NCBI GenBank assembly: GCA_001938485.1
Contig: MQRK01219369.1
Span: forward strand, 10,691 to 74,690
Origin: Girardia tigrina
Taxonomy: Eukaryota
Direction of reading: 5' to 3'
DNA: 64,000 bases
In this document: piece after piece, positions 12,224-26,276 of the stretch
Layout of the letters: each line of letters opens with the position of its first letter
Position numbering within the stretch: the first letter of the stretch is position 1
Made by a program: the position numbers and the translations under genes
Notes under the pieces: generated by a model
Told to the model about the DNA's origin: nothing
What the model saw: the letters and a program-made list of their open reading frames with translations, nothing else
Databases searched by the model: none

Positions 12224-13652
12224 CTTAAGCGTGCATTTGATTAAACAACATTTTTGATTTTTCTAATTAAACTTTATGAATCAAGATTTTAAAATTTGGT
12301 GGTGCTGACAAAGATTCAAGAAGCAACTGATGCATGTATTTGAACATCTTTAGATGTTTATATTTAAATTATTTTATTTAATACCATATAAGATTCTAAA
12401 TTTTATTGTACAACCTTGACTTATTATTCGTTGTTTAAGCTTGTTCATAATAAAATTTTGCATTTCTTAAAAATAAAATTGTCGTATAATCTAATATGAA
12501 TGTACATTTTCGGCAAAGTTCATAATAGTTAGCATATTTATATTGGGATATTCGATGATGTTCAAATTTTAGTCGAAACGCCGTGGGATAATGGGTCGTA
12601 TAGGACGACTGCGTTGACTTCCATATGAACAATTCTACAACGAACTTGGAAAATCTCATGTCAAGAAATTAACATTTAATGAATATGTAATGTTTGCATA
12701 TCTTATACATTCTAATTTTTTTAAAATATGTTTTAGTTAATATTGCAATTTAAATATTGTCATTTAATCTTAATCAAATTCTCTTCTTTTGTATGTAATG
12801 TTTGTGACGATCGACTTTTTAACTGTTCGTTAATTTTTTAGAGGTCGACTTATACATTGAGATATGAAATTAGTTAAGTGATTGTACCCTTGTAATACCA
12901 ATACCCTTGGATGTTTTATTCTCCCTCTTACGAAAAACACCAAAATAAGATATTGAAATTATTTCTATACTGATTGATTCTGATCAATAATGATTCCCTC
13001 AGTAGTGTTGGAGTTAAGAACTTTCTTTGACTTGAACAACTTTGTTGAAGAAATGTTTTTCCAAATATATGTACAATATTTCCATTTAACAGATGATCAC
13101 AATCAATCTATTATTATGGAAAAGAAATTAAAACATAATTAATTTATAAAGGAACCAGTATACTTAAAGTTGTTTGACAACCAAATTGTATTTATGTTAG
13201 ACTAAGAGTCTTAATTGTAACTTAAAATAAATACTCTAATAAATTTAAAACTTATTTGAAAAGTGATATAACAATCAAATCATTTATGAGGGAAATCGTG
13301 ATAATATTCCCAAAATAATCCATCTCAATCAATCCTTTATGAAGCTGATAAAGATTTCTGGTATCAAAATTCATTTATCCTATTGTAAAATACAAAAACA
13401 CTGTTGGAAACATTACGCAATTTGTAATATTTTTTTCAAAAAATATTTTTTTATTTTTTATTAAAACGTTTTATTAATTGATAGTTAAAAACAAAATATA
13501 TAATATTATATTCTTTAAAAAATATATTAATAAATATCCTATGTTATGTACGAAACTATCAATATTCATTATCTATGTGAAAAAATAGAAAGTTATATTA
13601 GTAATATTTTATTTATTTTTTGCAAATACTAATTTTTATTTCTCTTGATATA

Positions 13653-14912
13653 TTAGGTTGAGGAATAAATTCCCGCCGTTTTTTGAATTTTTAATCAATT
13701 TAATATTTAAATCAAATTTTTTTATGTAATGTTATATGTTATGTGAAAGCAATTGTTTTGCTCTAAAAAATGGTGTATTTTGTTTTTTTATTCAGATTAA
13801 TTTTTTATCGATTTTTAGACCATTGAAATGGAGTGTCAAGTCGACAAAAAGGAGCATTTCCGACACCATCTATTGTTTGCGTATAATCGAGGCGCCAAAG
13901 CCGCAGACGCTGCCCGAAAGCTTTGTGCTGTATATGGAGAAGGTACTATAGCTGATAGAACCGCTCGTGATTGGTTCGCAAAATTTAAAATTGGCAATTT
14001 TGACCTCAAACATGCACCTCGTTCAGGACGACCAAATGAATTCGATGAAGAGCGTTTGAAAAAATTTTTGAATGAAGACGCGCGTCAAACCACTCGAGAA
14101 TTGGCGGAACAAATGGATTGTGATCAAAAAACTGTCGTGAACCACCAGAAATAAATGGGAAAAGTTCAAAAAATGGGAGCTTGGGTACCACATCTTTTGA
14201 CCGAAAACAACAAAAACCAGCGATCCACAATTTCGACGAGTTGGCTTGCCCGTCATCGCTCTACTCATGGTCATAAGCAACAATTTCTTTATCGAATTGT
14301 AACGGGTGATGAAAAATGGTGCCTGTACGCCAACATGAAACAGCGCAAAGAATGGCGTCGCCGAGAAGAACAATCGACACCGCGAGCAAAACAGGATCTT
14401 CATCCACGAAAGACAATGCTATGCGTTTGGTGGGGTTGGGAAGGGATTATTCATTATGAATTGCTTCCTCGAAACCAAACAGTGTTCAACAGCTGCATAG
14501 ACTCAACGCCGCTATAAGACAAAAACATCCGGATCGACAACATGGCGTTATTTTGCAACACGACATTGCACGTCCTCATATTACCAGAACGCTTGGTTGG
14601 GAAGTGTTACCGCACCCTCCGTATTCACCTGACTTGGCTCCATCTGATTTTCATCTTTTCCGTTCGCTTTCTAACGCTTTGCGTGGTGTTTCTTTCAACA
14701 ATGATGGAGAACTGCAAGTTTGGTTGGCTGAATTCTTCGAGTCAAGACCGGGCGATTTCTATCAAAGAGGCATTGAAAAACTCGTTGAACGTTGGGAAGA
14801 AGTCGTGAACAATGGTGAAGATTATATTTGTGATTAATTTGTAGTAACATTTTTGTTAAAAAATAAAATTTTAATTTTTCAAAAAACGCTGGGAACTTAT
14901 TCCTCAACCCAA
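13653..14912 (+). mobile_element. Mariner, near full length, transposase pseudogene 13828-14837
   Basis: TA + TTAGGTTGAGGAATAAATTCCCGCCGTTTTTTG ... CAAAAAACGCTGGGAACTTATTCCTCAACCCAA + TA. Motifs WVPHLL, TGDEKW, HDIARPH, HPPYSPDLAPSDFHLF. Stop at 14152 and small deletions. Confidence 0.95.
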
Positions 14913-15920
14913 TATTGATAAAAATTAACAAACACGCTCAAAACAAAAATAATCGGAAATATTTATAAATAATAAATTATTTATAATGATGACTTTAAAG
15001 GTTTAAATGATCTCCATAGATGGTTTAAATAACTGTGATATTAATAGTAGTAGTAGTTGTAGTTGTACAGTAGAACTGAATAGTTTTTGCCAGTCTTGTG
15101 ATAATTACGGTCAAGTAAATGATAAATACCAACCCATAATAATTATCCAGCGTCATTCCGCTTCATTCATTGGTAATTTGTGTACGTTTTGAGTGTCATT
15201 ATCATGACTGATAAAATGATTCTTATCCATTTATACACAATATACATATTTATATGATATCATTAATTTACATTGTTACATTGTAAAAATTAAATTTCAA
15301 ATAAAACATAATTTTATGTTTATTATCTATTAATTAAAATTACTACACATAAAAAGTAAAATCGTTTTTAAATTACATTTTTATATTTAACATTTCATTA
15401 ATGGATGCATGTTTTACTAATTAATCATTGATATACTTAATTATACAATTATTCATAAGGCTTTAATGTAATTTAATCTTTAGTGTTTGCTAACCATAAT
15501 TTATTTATTTCATTTTATAATAATAAAATTAATTTAATTGCAAATTATATAAATTATTTATTCGTTAAGTTTAATGTAATTTTCTTTTGAATTTTGAATT
15601 ATTAATATTGTAACATGTTTTGTAAATTTTATTTATTTATCTTTAGGAATAAAATTTTGCTTCAATAAGCTAATAAAATGTTATTTTTATTAATTTTCCA
15701 TATAGAATATTATTGAACAATTCACAAATTTCTTTTATTAAAGATCCAATCTTCGAGTCTTGAATCACTCGTCCTTGAGAGAAAGGTGTGACTTCATTTT
15801 ACATAACGATCACTGATTATATTGTTTCGAAAGATTTTTTTTCTTAAATAAATGTCGGTAATTAGACTTATATCTATAGAATTAGTTTTAAAATGCGTGT
15901 AACATTTTCTGCGGATTTAT

Positions 15921-16740
15921 TAGGGTGCATCATATATTTTCATTCAATTTTTTTCTTGCGTAAAACGAAAATTAAACACAAAAAAACGGAAACACTATTT
16001 ATATTCCATTTTTTCACAAATACGAAAATGTGAATAAAAGTTTACATCTCAAGAAAGACTCACCGGATCTTCGCATAACCTTTTTCCAGCTCAAAGTTGC
16101 TATATACATTTTGTCCATTATGAGTTTATTCGATATCTTTGAATGAGAACTCTTTATATAGGCTACACTAGGATAATTATTATTGCAGACCATCTGTTCC
16201 AAATCGACCACACGTAATAATCAAGCGGATTTGAATCTGGAGATAAGACAGGCCACTCAGAGCTGGGGAGAAATCCAGGTAAAAATAAATGTCATGAGAT
16301 CAGAGTTGTATTGATACTGCATTGTGAGTTGGTGCTGAGTCTATCTGTAACAATCAGAGCTGGGATGACCAGTGCGCCTGCGGTCATTAACATCTTCGGT
16401 CTCTACCAACCGACGAATAATGCTGTTAACAAAATCTCGTTTGTATCCTATATGTTGCTACATCCGACAAATAGTTGCTGCACTTTTATACATTTTAACA
16501 ACTCTACCACAACAAAATGCTTTCCATCAATGTTACTTACAATTAAAATAACTAGTGTTCAAGCTCTTTGCATGAGTGACGAGAGAGCCATTAGATGTGG
16601 GAAGGAAAATAACTGATCACATTTCCACGGGTTCATTCCACACCAGCTGTGAGGAATAATATCGGCCTGTATAACACTCCATGTGCATGTTTCATTTACA
16701 AGATTTCTTCAAACTGGTTTACTGAAGGTAATTCACTTAT
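15921..16740 (-). mobile_element. Degraded maT-like (DD37D) transposase remnant
   Basis: Minus strand reads LQIDSAPTHNA...PGFLPSSEWPVLSPDSNPLDYYVWS. TIR-like TAGGGTGCATC at 15921. The other boundary is uncertain. Confidence 0.7.
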
Positions 16741-19700
16741 AAGTTGAATATTCTTGCATTTGTAGATTTACTAATAATATTTGAACTCATTAACTTTTAA
16801 AAATCATTTAGAATTCTACAACAATTAGTTAAAATATCTTTATTTTACGTTAAGAATTTATCAAACTGTCTTTACTATTCGATAATTATTTCTAGTGACG
16901 CAACCGTTGCGAACAAAAATTTCGAAAATATTATGAATATTTTATAGATTATAGCAAAAGTATTTTATTTTATTTGTAAAATAAAAATTATGAAATTATA
17001 ACAATATCGACTGAAAAAAAATAAAAATATGACAAAAGGCTTAAAATCATTAATTTAGATATTAACAGTGTCTAGTAAAATTCTTTTCCGTTGATCGACA
17101 TCCTCCAACATGTTTTTAAGCGATATTAAACTTTCTATAGAAATGTTTTTTTTCAAAAATAGATATTTTATAAGTCGCTTTATGAATTTAATATTTTTCC
17201 AATTAAATTTTCTAATTTTTCTTAATAATGAGATGAGTTAGTATACAAACAAGGAGACAGTCTCGTAAACAATCTACATTGAAGAACTATTTTACTTGAA
17301 TAGTAAGAACGTCGTGATGTTCTCAATTTTAGAATTTGAATGAGTCTGTCTTGCAATTATGGATAAATATTCAATTATAATGGATGCTTATGTATTTATA
17401 TATTACTTTAAATATGGTGAATGTTTTCTTCCATATTTACTTTCTTAGTCAATAAGTTAAAGAGTTATTTTAAATCATTATAAATATCACTTAAACACTT
17501 TATTATTTTCATAGGGATTTAAAAATTGCGTTTCATTAACTTTGATTTTTTTCTAGATGGATTTTTTTAAAACACTAAGAAATTAATAATTAAAATAATA
17601 AACAAAAAATAATAATTAATTAAAACTATTAAATCCGTAAATATTTTTTATTGTTTATTTTATTGATTTTTCTTAATTGAATTTTAAAAGTTAGATGAAA
17701 CATTTTGCCATTAAGTTTATTGAAATAATTTCAAAATTCCTTATTAGGATGAAAACATAAAAAGTCATTACAGAAATGAATTTTACAATTAAATGAAATT
17801 CTAGCAAAACAAATCATCGCAATATATAAATTTTTATGAAAGTATTTTTCAAAAATTTTATATTTGGATTAGGATCTGTGTAAAATGTGTATTTAATTAA
17901 ATAATATCGAATTGCTGGTTATTAAGTAAAGCTGTCGAAACATGTTTCATTAATCAAAGTAAACATATCAAATTTCTGTTATATAATGAAGGAAATTCAA
18001 TTCTTTATATTAGTGATATATAATATTATTATATTTCTATATATTTAAAATACATTTATGGAAAGAAGAATCTTTAAATTATTCAATTTGGCTTATGTAT
18101 AAAAATTGTGATATTTTCAAAATGTTGTGAAATTTAACTTTCCGTAACAGTTTGATTAACTTAAATGAAAACATTGAAAAAATAAATACTTTGATCGTCA
18201 TTTTGAAGTATTGAAATCTTTTATTCACCCAATCGTGACTTATTTGATATGTATAAGGGATATTATATTCACTTTTATAGGTGATCTGAACACAAAAATC
18301 AAATGACTAAAGTAAACGAATGACATCCTAAACCACAATGAAACCCCTTATAAGTGATCCTCAAAATGCTTTCACTTCAATATTCATTTATAAAAGAGTC
18401 AATTTAAATAGGAAAAAGTACCTCATGGTCAAAATATGTTATGACTTAGGCGGACGAATAGTTATCAAATTTTATTTAATTTTTTCCAGTTGATGATCTG
18501 CCTTATTTAATATTATTAGTCTTATTTTTAATACTTCTTTAATAATAAGTTGATATTATGTTAACAATTATTATTATCATAAATAATCTATATTTCCCAA
18601 GTAAATTAGGATTTGAAGCAAATGTTCCACCAACAAACTAATTTTCTAAATTTCATATGAAATTCATTCCGATTTCTATAGAAAACATAAAGGTGGTTTT
18701 GGTTCGCAATGTAAGTCTTATTCCTATGAATTCATTTTCTTCGAATTCCTCTTAAAAATGAGGATATATACATGCTTTATTCTCTTTCATTGAAAATAAT
18801 TAGCAATTAGATTAATTACTATTTCACCATTCGTAACATTTCAAGTATCAAAAGAAAATAATATTACCAATAAAATTGCTAAAATGTTTATAATTATTTA
18901 ATTTTATGTGTATATTTTAATTTATATTTTAATGTGTAAAATAAATTTATTTCTCTTAAAATTGAAAAGTATTTTCCACTTTGCAATTATAAAATAGTTT
19001 AGTCACTTCTGTTGATGCTTCTCATCAAAACCCGAGTCAAAGTCTATTAGCGATCCTTGTCATAGAGCATCATTATTATAGCATTCGCGCTTAGTCAACC
19101 TAATTATTTTTCAGAAGAAAAGTATTTGTCTGATTTTTAATTTTTTCTATTTTCATTTAGACTAGTTAAATAAAATATTTAGATTATCAGCAAATTATTA
19201 GACTCAAATGTTTATAATAATAATAGTAATTGATTATATCGTAACAATATCGAGTTATCAATGATAACAGGATAAATTGTAAAAAATAAGTAAAATATAA
19301 ATTATGTATGAATTATAATTGGTAGCGAAATAATAACAATGTTATTTAGTCATTTTTTGCGATATTCCTAATTAAATTTACCGAAAATTATCCTGCTTAT
19401 TCAACAATTGTAAATGGGATAAATATTTTATCAAAATTAAAGTATCATCATATTTTGTTTTAAAAATTTTTTTTTATTTTTAGATTCCCCTTATTTTTAT
19501 TTTGATATATTTTACTTTCTTTATAAAATAATTTTCTTAAATCTATATTTTTTATATAATTTTATTTATTCTTGATAGTATTTTTATACGAATAAATAAT
19601 TTGTTTTCTAATTAGTTATTTGAAAAAAAATCATAATTTATTTCTATGAATTTCTATTATATTAATTATAAAATTGCAAAAATAATTACCAAAATATTTT

Positions 19701-21822
19701 ATTTTAAAGAAACTAAAAGACATTAATATTATATATTAATGCTAGAAAAATACTTATTTTACATTATTTTTTCAGTTTAGTTTATAAAATGGATGTTAGA
19801 TTTTGACAAAAAAATATTAATATATTTTAACTAGTTTCTGTAAATATTCGACATCATATCATTAAGATGTTTCAACTTTGCAATATTTATTTTGATTCAT
19901 CTATCACTGATTACATTTTATCCTAGCAAAATTATAAATGAGCATCAACTATCACTTTACTTTCAGTCATTGTCTAAGATGTAAAAACCACTGTATATTG
20001 CAGTCATGCTTAATTAAATGATGCATCATTTTTTGGAGAAAGAGTGAGCAGATATTTTTCTTCTAAAATTAGTTTACACGTGGCTTTTTCTGCTAAATAT
20101 TGTTTTTTTGCGAACAGTGTATGCATTAAAAATCACACCAATATTGTGAGAAGAAATGAATTTGCAAAAATATGGTGGTTTAAAAGATTGATTGCATGAA
20201 AGTAAATAATAATTAAAAAAATAGAGCGTTTTTCCTTCTTTTTTTCGTCTTTAATATGCATTTTTTGTGATTTAAAAGTGAAAATTATTTTTTTAATATA
20301 AAACACTGGCTGAACACTGGTAAACATTAGCAACAAGCATTCTAATAGTAGAATAAATGTTTGTAGAATTGTAGAGAAATTCATAACGAGACTGTAATGC
20401 GATACGGTGATCAGAAATACCGATTTGTGGGTGGACGGCCGAGTGAGTCATGACTCATGGACATTCTGTATTGACACATATCATTGGCACACTGGTCTCT
20501 GCACAAATGCGCTTGCAGCACACACACACTTCGATTCACCGGCACACATTCGACACCCAATTCGCGATAAATTGTAATTGCTGATACAACATGACATCAA
20601 TTTTCATACTAAAATTTATTTAATTATTGTAATATATTTGATTTATCATTTTTATGTGTTTATAAATGATGTTTGACGGAAATAATGTTTATGGCAGTCC
20701 TAAGAACATTGAATAAAATTGAAGTTTTTCATTTGATAAATGTAATGAAATAGTTGTTGACAAATCTCATGTGTATTAATCATAACCGTATAAATACGAC
20801 TTTAATTGTAGTTGATAAACATCTTTGCCAGTTAGTTTTGAGGAATATTGAAGTAAATATTCATGGGATTGTGTCGTACTGATTTTCGTTTCGATGACTT
20901 CAGTTCTAATATAAACCTGTTAAAAACAATGTTTTATGAATACGTCTTTCAATTTATACATGAATTAAATTGAGCTACCAATAAATTATGAGGGATAAAT
21001 ATAGAAATAACCATCGTATTCCACCATCAAACTCTCCAGACAATGATGTCTCTAAAGGGAACGTTGGGAGGAAATGAGATAAGAAATTGTGTTTTATTAT
21101 TTCGTCCAATTTTTTGGTTAATTTAAAAAGAATGAAAATGAACATTTCACGTAAGAAATATCAATCAGAAAATTTGCGCAGTCGAATAATTAATACGAAT
21201 TAATACATCTCATGTTTATATTTACTGGGACAGTTGAGTGAAAATTGTCTTCTTTCGAAGACTGTTATGAAATTTGGACGCTATTTAGAATAGTTAGTCA
21301 ACAGCTTCCGAATATGCTTATGTAGACTGGTTTATTGTCGCTCATAAACAACGCTAATGTGAATTGAAGGATTTCAGTAATGACAATATCATATTTATTA
21401 TTAATATATTTTGTAACAGGATTTGTTCCTAGAATTTATAAAAACTTTTTTTAAAAGAATGTTTTTTTACCTAATGAAATTCAATTGAGAAACGAAAAGT
21501 CTGAACAATTAATGTTACTTGAAATAATTTGCAACAATATAAAATTCGTACGAATTTTATTTTAAATACCTCTATTAGTCATTTATGTTAACGAAATTAA
21601 TATTTATATAATTTATTTTATGCAATAATTCATAATCATAATTTAAAAACTTATTAAAACTAATCCATTAAGTACCAGATTTATTTTTTGAAATATTTTT
21701 ACTGACTAAACCTCACAATCAACCTATTTCCGTTACTACTCGAACAAATGCACTACACTTCCATAGATACATGTTTCAGGAATATCAACCATTATTTAAA
21801 AATTCTAACGTCAACAACTTAA

Positions 21823-23498
21823 CACATTAGAGTCCGCTCACCCGAAAACGCACACTATGCGCGGCACTTCTGTGAGTCCGTTCGTGCGAAAACGCATACT
21901 ATTTTATATGAATTTTGTACGTACAAAGAAATATATACGAACTAAATTTTTTTTGATTCCATCATGAGATGGTGTTACAAATATTTTAGATACTGTTTAA
22001 TAATTTGAATTATGAAAAATATTTTTATTTTTGTATAAAATGGTTAGNNNNNNNNNNNNNNNNNNNNNNNNNNNNNNNNNNNNNNNNNNNNNNNNNNNNN
22101 NNNNNNNNNNNNNNNNNNNNNNNNNNNNNNNNNNNNNNNNNNNNNNNNNNNNNNNNNNNNNNNNNNNNNNNNNNNNNNNNNNNNNNNNNNNNNNNNNNNN
22201 NNNNNNNNNNNNNNNNNNNNNNNNNNNNNNNNNNNNNNNNNNNNNNNNNNNNNNNNNNNNNNNNNNNNNNNNNNNNNNNNNNNNNNNNNNNNNNNNNNNN
22301 NNNNNNNNNNNNNNNNNNNNNNNNNNNNNNNNNNNNNNNNNNNNNNNNNNNNNNNNNNNNNNNNNNNNNNNNNNNNNNNNNNNNNNNNNNNNNNNNNNNN
22401 NNNNNNNNNNNNNNNNNNNNNNNNNNNNNNNNNNNNNNNNNNNNNNNNNNNNNNNNNNNNNNNNNNNNNNNNNNNNNNNNNNNNNNNNNNNNNNNNNNNN
22501 NNNNNNNNNNNAAAAATAAAAATAATAAAGACAATGAAACGGCAATTACTACCTCATTCGGGGTTCTTCCACAATCAAAATTAAATAAAATATTCGAATT
22601 GGTATATAAAATGATAGCAAATAGTGATTTGTGTGTCGTGTGTGCAGTGTATCGGTTATTTATAGTGTGCCGGATATATATACTACCCGACACACTCGGG
22701 TTTTTTTATCTCGCTTGATTACGTCAGCGTTAGTGAAGCAGTGAGTGACTTGGGCTTTTATAATATATATAGTTCCGTCATTGCCACCAAATATCTGACA
22801 AGTATCTGGATGACGTTTTATAGTAATTTACATACATAAGTGCGTTTTGGGGAAGTTTTTGGAGAGTCTTTCTTTATCAGTGGCATCATNNNNNNNNNNN
22901 NNNNNNNNNNNNNNNNNNNNNNNNNNNNNNNNNNNNNNNNNNNNNNNNNNNNNNNNNNNNNNNNNNNNNNNNNNNNNNNNNNNNNNNNNNNNNNNNNNNN
23001 NNNNNNNNNNNNNNNNNNNNNNNNNNNNNNNNNNNNNNNNNNNNNNNNNNNNNNNNNNNNNNNNNNNAATATTTATATTCTATATAATTTATAAAATAAT
23101 TAATGCGCGCGGCGCCACTGGAAACGCATTGGCATCCATAAGACACATGTGTGATAGAGCTCTCCTTGTGTTTATTTTTAGCCTAGATTTTTTATGAATG
23201 ACCCCGAGACATTTTTTACGATATACACATGTTCAAGGATAATCAAGGGCCATATTATTTCTATTATAAAATAGCTTTTTTGTACTTTATCACGCTGGTA
23301 AATGCACCACAGATTGAAACCCATTGTTATGTTTACATATATCGATGCAGTATATCCATTTGAAGGTATCTGTGAAGTTTCGTTGCAATTGATCTGTTGG
23401 TTTAATAATTATATCGATTTTACGAAAAAGTGTATAATTGGCATTTTTTGCGTAATTCGCCCGGACTCCATACAACATATAATGCGGACCGTAATGTG
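21823..23498. mobile_element. Non-autonomous piggyBac-like TIR element spanning two assembly gaps (N 22048-22510, 22890-23067)
   Basis: TTAA|CACATTAGAGTCCGC ... GCGGACCGTAATGTG|TTAA (13/15 TIR match). Subterminal direct repeats AGTCCG...CGAAAACGCA(C/T)ACTAT. Confidence 0.7.
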
Positions 23499-24980
23499 TT
23501 AATAAAAATTCAAAACCAGAGATATCCAAATGGGGCTTGTGGCACCAAATGGGTTTACTTTGTATTTAATAATTATATTGAAAAAAATCACTTTGTATAA
23601 GTTTACATAATTTTTTAAATGCTTTTTTTATTTAATTTTAGAACAATAATTTAGAAAATGCCAAACATTTTATTTTTAATGACTATTTAATTAAAAACAT
23701 GTTTTTGTTGAAAAAAAAACAATTAATTATTTCAAATTAAAAAAAGTAATAGTGCACTTTACATTAAATTTAAATTTTAAACAAAAATTAATTAACAAAT
23801 TTTTAACAAAATTAATTTAAACAAATAAATATTTCAAATTAGACCAAGGCCTTACAAGGTTAGGATATATTTAGTGATCATTGAAATAATTTATAAATTT
23901 TTTGTATTAAATTATTTACACATTCTAAAGCTAAGCTTGTTGAAACCCTTAAAACATTTGCATTATTTTCAATTTGTAATGTACATTATTAAACAATAAA
24001 GAATACGTTACTTTATAGAAACCATAAATGTTAGGACGAACTGTAAAAAAAAGTAACATTTTACTTTCCTTTGATTGTCAATATTCATTTGTAGGATTAC
24101 CAGGAAAAGAGAAAATTTATTAAAAAAATTGTGACGAAAATAATCTTTGTTTCATGAATCATTAGTAACTAACGGTCTAGTTTTCAAGATTCACACTTAT
24201 TCAGATTTTACAATCTTGATTTATTAATATGGGTATCGAAGATAAGTATCTGTCAACTGAATCAAGTGGCTCAATTTGGCAGTATGGAGGACATAGACAT
24301 ATTAAGAGTCAAACCAATAGTTTATTTGTAACGCATGACCGAAAATAAACCACAAAGTATCCTTATTGTGAAAATCAATTAATTAAAAAAAATTAGAAAA
24401 TATCTTTAAATAGCAATTAAGCCTCCTCGTATGGTGCCGGTCTAGACAGACCCAAGTCTTTTTTCACCGAAAACACAAGTTAAAAGTATGTTCAGGAAAC
24501 TGAAGTTCTCTTGCATGATCTGAAATCATGTTGTTAATGAATTCATGATCAAAAAGTACTATAAAATACTATTTTGGTAAAAATTGTCTTTGTCTAGACG
24601 TACATCATAACAAGAAGATTAAATTGCAATTTAACATCCAAGGTAGATTAGCTTGAAATATGTATTATATATAAGTGAAGTATCGTTTATCCATTCCATT
24701 TAATTCTACAAATTTGCTACCAATTGAAAAAAGAAGAAATTGTCACAGTTTCAAAAATATTTTTTGTCTTTTTATTTAAAATATTATTTCAATATCTATT
24801 TTTTTATTAAGTTAAGCATTCATTTCTTTAACTAACAAAATAACTTTCGTGTATACCGGTAACTTATAGGTCGTCTTTGAAGTTATTTTTATTAAGTACA
24901 TAATTGTATTCACCGTGAAAGGCGATTGTATTAATTTTTTAATATCAATAAATTTAGCTTTAAATTTTAAGTCTCTTTAA

Positions 24981-25158
24981 CACATTGACTGCTGTTGACA
25001 TCATGCACCGAACGTCTGCTACGCGCGCTACGCGTGGGACAAAAAAGTTTACTGCCGCGCGGCAGGCATATCTCATGCGCGCAGCAGTACAATAATTTAT
25101 TAGCGTCTTAGTAATGTAAGCCAAAGTACGAGATATCTCGTACTCAGCATTCAATGTG
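24981..25158. mobile_element. 178-bp piggyBac-like MITE
   Basis: TTAA|CACATTGACTGCTG ... CAGCATTCAATGTG|TTAA (13/14 match). GC-rich interior and a 20-bp palindrome at 25125-25144. Confidence 0.8.
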
Positions 25159-26110
25159 TTAAAAGTTAATAGTTAAATAGATTTTTGAGCACAGATGATG
25201 TGTTATTTTTAAGATTTTCCAATAATATATAATTTATTACAATTATTCTCCTTTTCCTAATATTACTTAAAACATATGTTTTTGTAAAACTCTTACTCAA
25301 AATATTTTTTTCAAAATTTCTTCATAATTTGGCTAATTTTAAAGAATATATAATACTTTTAAATGTTTTTAATGAATTTTACTTCCTAATTTATATTTAA
25401 TTAATTATTGCATTATTTTAAGTATCAAATTATTTAAGTGAAAATGATAAATGCATTTTATTCTCATAATATTTTCGATACCTTTTTTAAAAATTTATAA
25501 AAGGTTAACCCTATGAAAATGTTAATTTTTATTTAGATATATTCATTTTAGGAATGAACTATAAAAGAAATATGTAGTTTTATATGATGCATTTAATGTG
25601 AGAGTTCGTTGGTCTGAAAAAAATTGTTGTTACTAAAATTATTTTTCTCAAAAGAAAGATACTCCCTAATTTTCATAAAGAATTAATATAAAAGAGAAAG
25701 TCAGATTTCATAGTTATATAGAATTTTATCAATATGTATTTTGTTTTCATCTAAAAATGTTTTTAAATATTTAAAACCAAAAATAAATACAGCATGTTTT
25801 GTAGTACAAAATTATAAAAACATTTTATCTTCTATTAATAAAGGCTAAAAAATATTCGTTTATGAAATCAAAATATTATGTTATTTAAAAATATTTTGAA
25901 TTATTTTTTCTTTATTTATTTTTTTTACAATTAGTTGAGTAAAAATTATAAATAAATAATTTTATGCAAAAAGAATTTTACATTGAAGTTGATAAATTTG
26001 AATATGAAAGAAATCGAAAATTTATGGATCAACAGGATTATACATTACCGTTTAAAAATTATTTTTAAATTTTCATTTGAAATTCGTCAAACATTTCAAA
26101 ATATTATATA

Positions 26111-26113
<3 letters not shown>

Positions 26114-26161
<48 letters not shown>

Positions 26162-26182
26162 TTATTTATTTATTTATTTATA
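26114..26182. repeat. (TA)n plus (TATT)n compound microsatellite abutting a splice acceptor
   Basis: Seen directly. Confidence 0.9.
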
Positions 26183-26189
26183 TTTACAG

Positions 26190-26276
26190 ATGGAGACAGT
26201 CGCTCAAGCCCCTCAGACGAATTTGTCGATGTGTCCGGGCCATTCAAAATTGAACAGCTCCAGCAATATCGTCTGG
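26190..26276 (+). CDS. nfi: NFI-like gene exon (87 nt, phase 1 to 1)
   Basis: tttacag|AT...CTGG|gtaaaa. In the spliced frame it reads NGDSRSSPSDEFVDVSGPFKIEQLQQYRL, resembling the NFI post-DBD motif DSFVTSGVFSVTELVR. Confidence 0.8.

Noticed and set aside
12860-13360. Possible Merlin-like transposase remnant
   Set aside because: Similarity is too weak and no TIR was identified.
21997-23197. Long ORFs in the track made of X residues (also 3593-3877 and 61390-61694)
   Set aside because: Artefacts of N-gaps and microsatellites.
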